From positions 1 through 37,121 of the forward strand of contig JAUCBJ010006684.1 of the NCBI GenBank assembly GCA_032718475.1: a stretch of DNA of 37,121 bases, in the 5' to 3' direction. Positions 34,927 through 37,121 of this stretch are shown here, in pieces. The DNA is from Nemertoderma westbladi (lineage: Eukaryota; Animalia; Xenacoelomorpha). Position 1 is the stretch's first letter. Each line of letters opens with the position of its first letter. The notes under the pieces are model-generated. The model ran no database searches, had not been told where the DNA came from, and saw only the letters and a program-made list of their open reading frames with translations. The position numbers and the translations under genes were made by a program.

Positions 34927-37121
34927 AATAAAGGAGCAGGTTAGTAAAGGAGCAGGTTTCAGAGGCATATTGGGCGAACCAAAACAATAAACGTTATTGT
35001 TTTGCGGGCTAAGAATTCCTGAGACCAAGCGCTCCTGATGGCCTGGGACTCGGTCTCTACGTCGATTGGCGGACTAATCGTTTGTTCGTAAATATTAATC
35101 CAACTGTATACCCCATACCTGTGCGGGCACGCAATGGTGTGGCCTTTAGCAAACGATGACTATTATTTATAAGATGCTCATAACCCCTTAAGATGCCCGC
35201 CTTCATGACAATCTTTTATGAATCATTGTGAATAGACTGTGGTCACAAGTGAATAGATTTTCGCATCTGTATAAGTGTGGAGGGTGGAGCCTCGACCCCG
35301 GGGCATGTGGGAGTGGGAGTGGGGCGTGGTTCACTGGTGGTATAAGCGAATTGCTATTCATAAAATTTATTTTGCAACTAACTACCTACTTGAGTTGGAG
35401 TTTAAGATGAGAAAACAAAGTTGTTCATTTCATTCAAAAGGGGGCTTAAGTGACTTTGGGATATATTGTTGATTTGTGAAATGTCGTTTTTGTTTATTCA
35501 TGTTCAGTTCTCCCATTTACCTGTATTGAAATGCTTGCCATTTCTATATATCCTCGGGCACAGAGTTGTAGTAGCTGCACACATAAGTTACATAGTGATT
35601 ATTGTAGGATTAGATCCATAGTTCAAAGTTTCTTTATGTACATTAAATTATATTGAACTCGCGTAACTAATATCTCAAATATGATGTTTTATTTTTGACC
35701 TGGAGCTGCAGGTACTGAATAATATACTTACAATGTAATCGTTGAGATGAGTTACACTGTGTACCTGTACTGGTACTGGTACATGTACGGTATGATTCCT
35801 GAATCTATATATTCCAACTGCAGTATCCAAGGAAATGATCACCTGCGTGATCCCTGCGAAAACCTGTCAGTTGGGAGACGATTGACGGTTTCCAGCTGGC
35901 GGCACACATAAGGAGTTCAAATAAAACAGCCTTTAGTGGTTAGAGATACGATTGGCGATTATACTGCAATTTTCGGCTTTTCAACTTCAGTCAATAAATA
36001 TTACTCATCTTTAGATAATTTGTATGTTTATTTCACTTTACTTCCCCCCGCAGTATGTCCCGGGTCAGCGGGACAACCACAACTGATGTACATCATGTAT
36101 GGTGTGTCACCCGTGTTATTCGTCTAAGTCTAACCCAACCGGAGCTTGTGTGAGGGTTTATTTACATAAATTTTTATTGTCCCTATCCAAAAAATTCGCC
36201 TTTCTGCAAAGTATAGAGGAATATACGAAGGAAAAGTGGTGTAACCTCCCGCCCCACTGATTACGACAAGTACTCAGCCTTTTATTTAAAGCTGCACGCC
36301 GCCCGTAGGAAAGCCAAGAAACCTCCTTGTCTTATCCCTTATCTTCCCCGGGTATATTAGTCATTCCCTTTCAGGCATTCCTGAATTCCGTGTAACTCCC
36401 TTTTCCTACGCGCGACGCATATTTTATCGGAAGAGAAAGTTCGAGAATGCCCTTCCCTTCCTTTTCCGTATAAGACAAGCTCTAACTCGGTGATACAACA
36501 AACAGTGATGGTTGGATTGGATCGTTATATAATTATCCCCGCCGGTTTACCCCTGGGCCTCGTCTTTTCGCGTCGACTTATAATATCATGGGATTTGTTT
36601 GTTGATCCGATCTCCATCTCGGCGACTCCTGTTTTTAGTACTGGCATTTTCGTATTCGAATCTTCGAATCTGTTTCTTATTATATATATCGGAAATTTTT
36701 TACATTACTTGAGACGGGGGGCGGGGCGGGCGGCGGGGGGGGGGGGGGGGGGGGTTCGATACAAATCCCATAGCGGTGAATTGATATATCGTCTCGGGCT
36801 CGGCCGATTATTAATTATCAATTAAGGGAGGGGAGAAGGTTCCATAATGGCACGTAGTACTAACCGAAACAATAAACGAAGTCGCGCAACGCGCAATGAC
36901 AGAGGATGCAATTTTATTTTTTGAAGAAATCATCTGCTATATTTTGCGTCGATTTTTCTCTAGAGAGGTTTGAATTTTGTTTGCATCAACAAGAACTTTG
37001 TTGATTTGTGGCATTTTTTTCTGTTCCTATGGATGTGTAATATAACCCGGTACACTCATTGACTCACTAATTTCAGATCATGAAATATTTCAGCTATAAC
37101 AACGAGTCATTTAGTACGGAT

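Noticed and set aside
34100-37121. Short ORFs near the right end
   Set aside because: No recognisable motifs or convincing splice structure.

Overview
AT-rich eukaryotic (animal-like) genomic DNA using the standard genetic code. The left third is a homogeneous 49-bp satellite (about 105 copies at 47-5210 and about 6.4 copies at 11082-11396). It is interrupted, in register, by an apparently full-length ~5.9-kb APE-RT non-LTR retrotransposon on the minus strand. The element has an unusual three-ORF layout: SAP-like plus 10-aa-repeat ORF0, coiled-coil/RRM-like ORF1, and endonuclease-RT ORF2 with one in-frame TAG. The rest of the window holds three intron-poor host genes on the minus strand (CFAP410/C21orf2, IDH3A, FN3K/FN3KRP family). 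It also holds an orphan coiled-coil exon on the plus strand, a decayed second LINE, two tRNA-derived SINE-like pieces, several MITE/foldback elements and smaller tandem repeats. The main candidate for a novel system is the retroelement-satellite pair. The insertion falls in the loop of the monomer's hairpin, there is no clear TSD, both ends carry inverted (TAA)n runs, and the element's 3' terminus looks like a degenerate satellite monomer. All calls come from reading the sequence by eye; no database searches were run.
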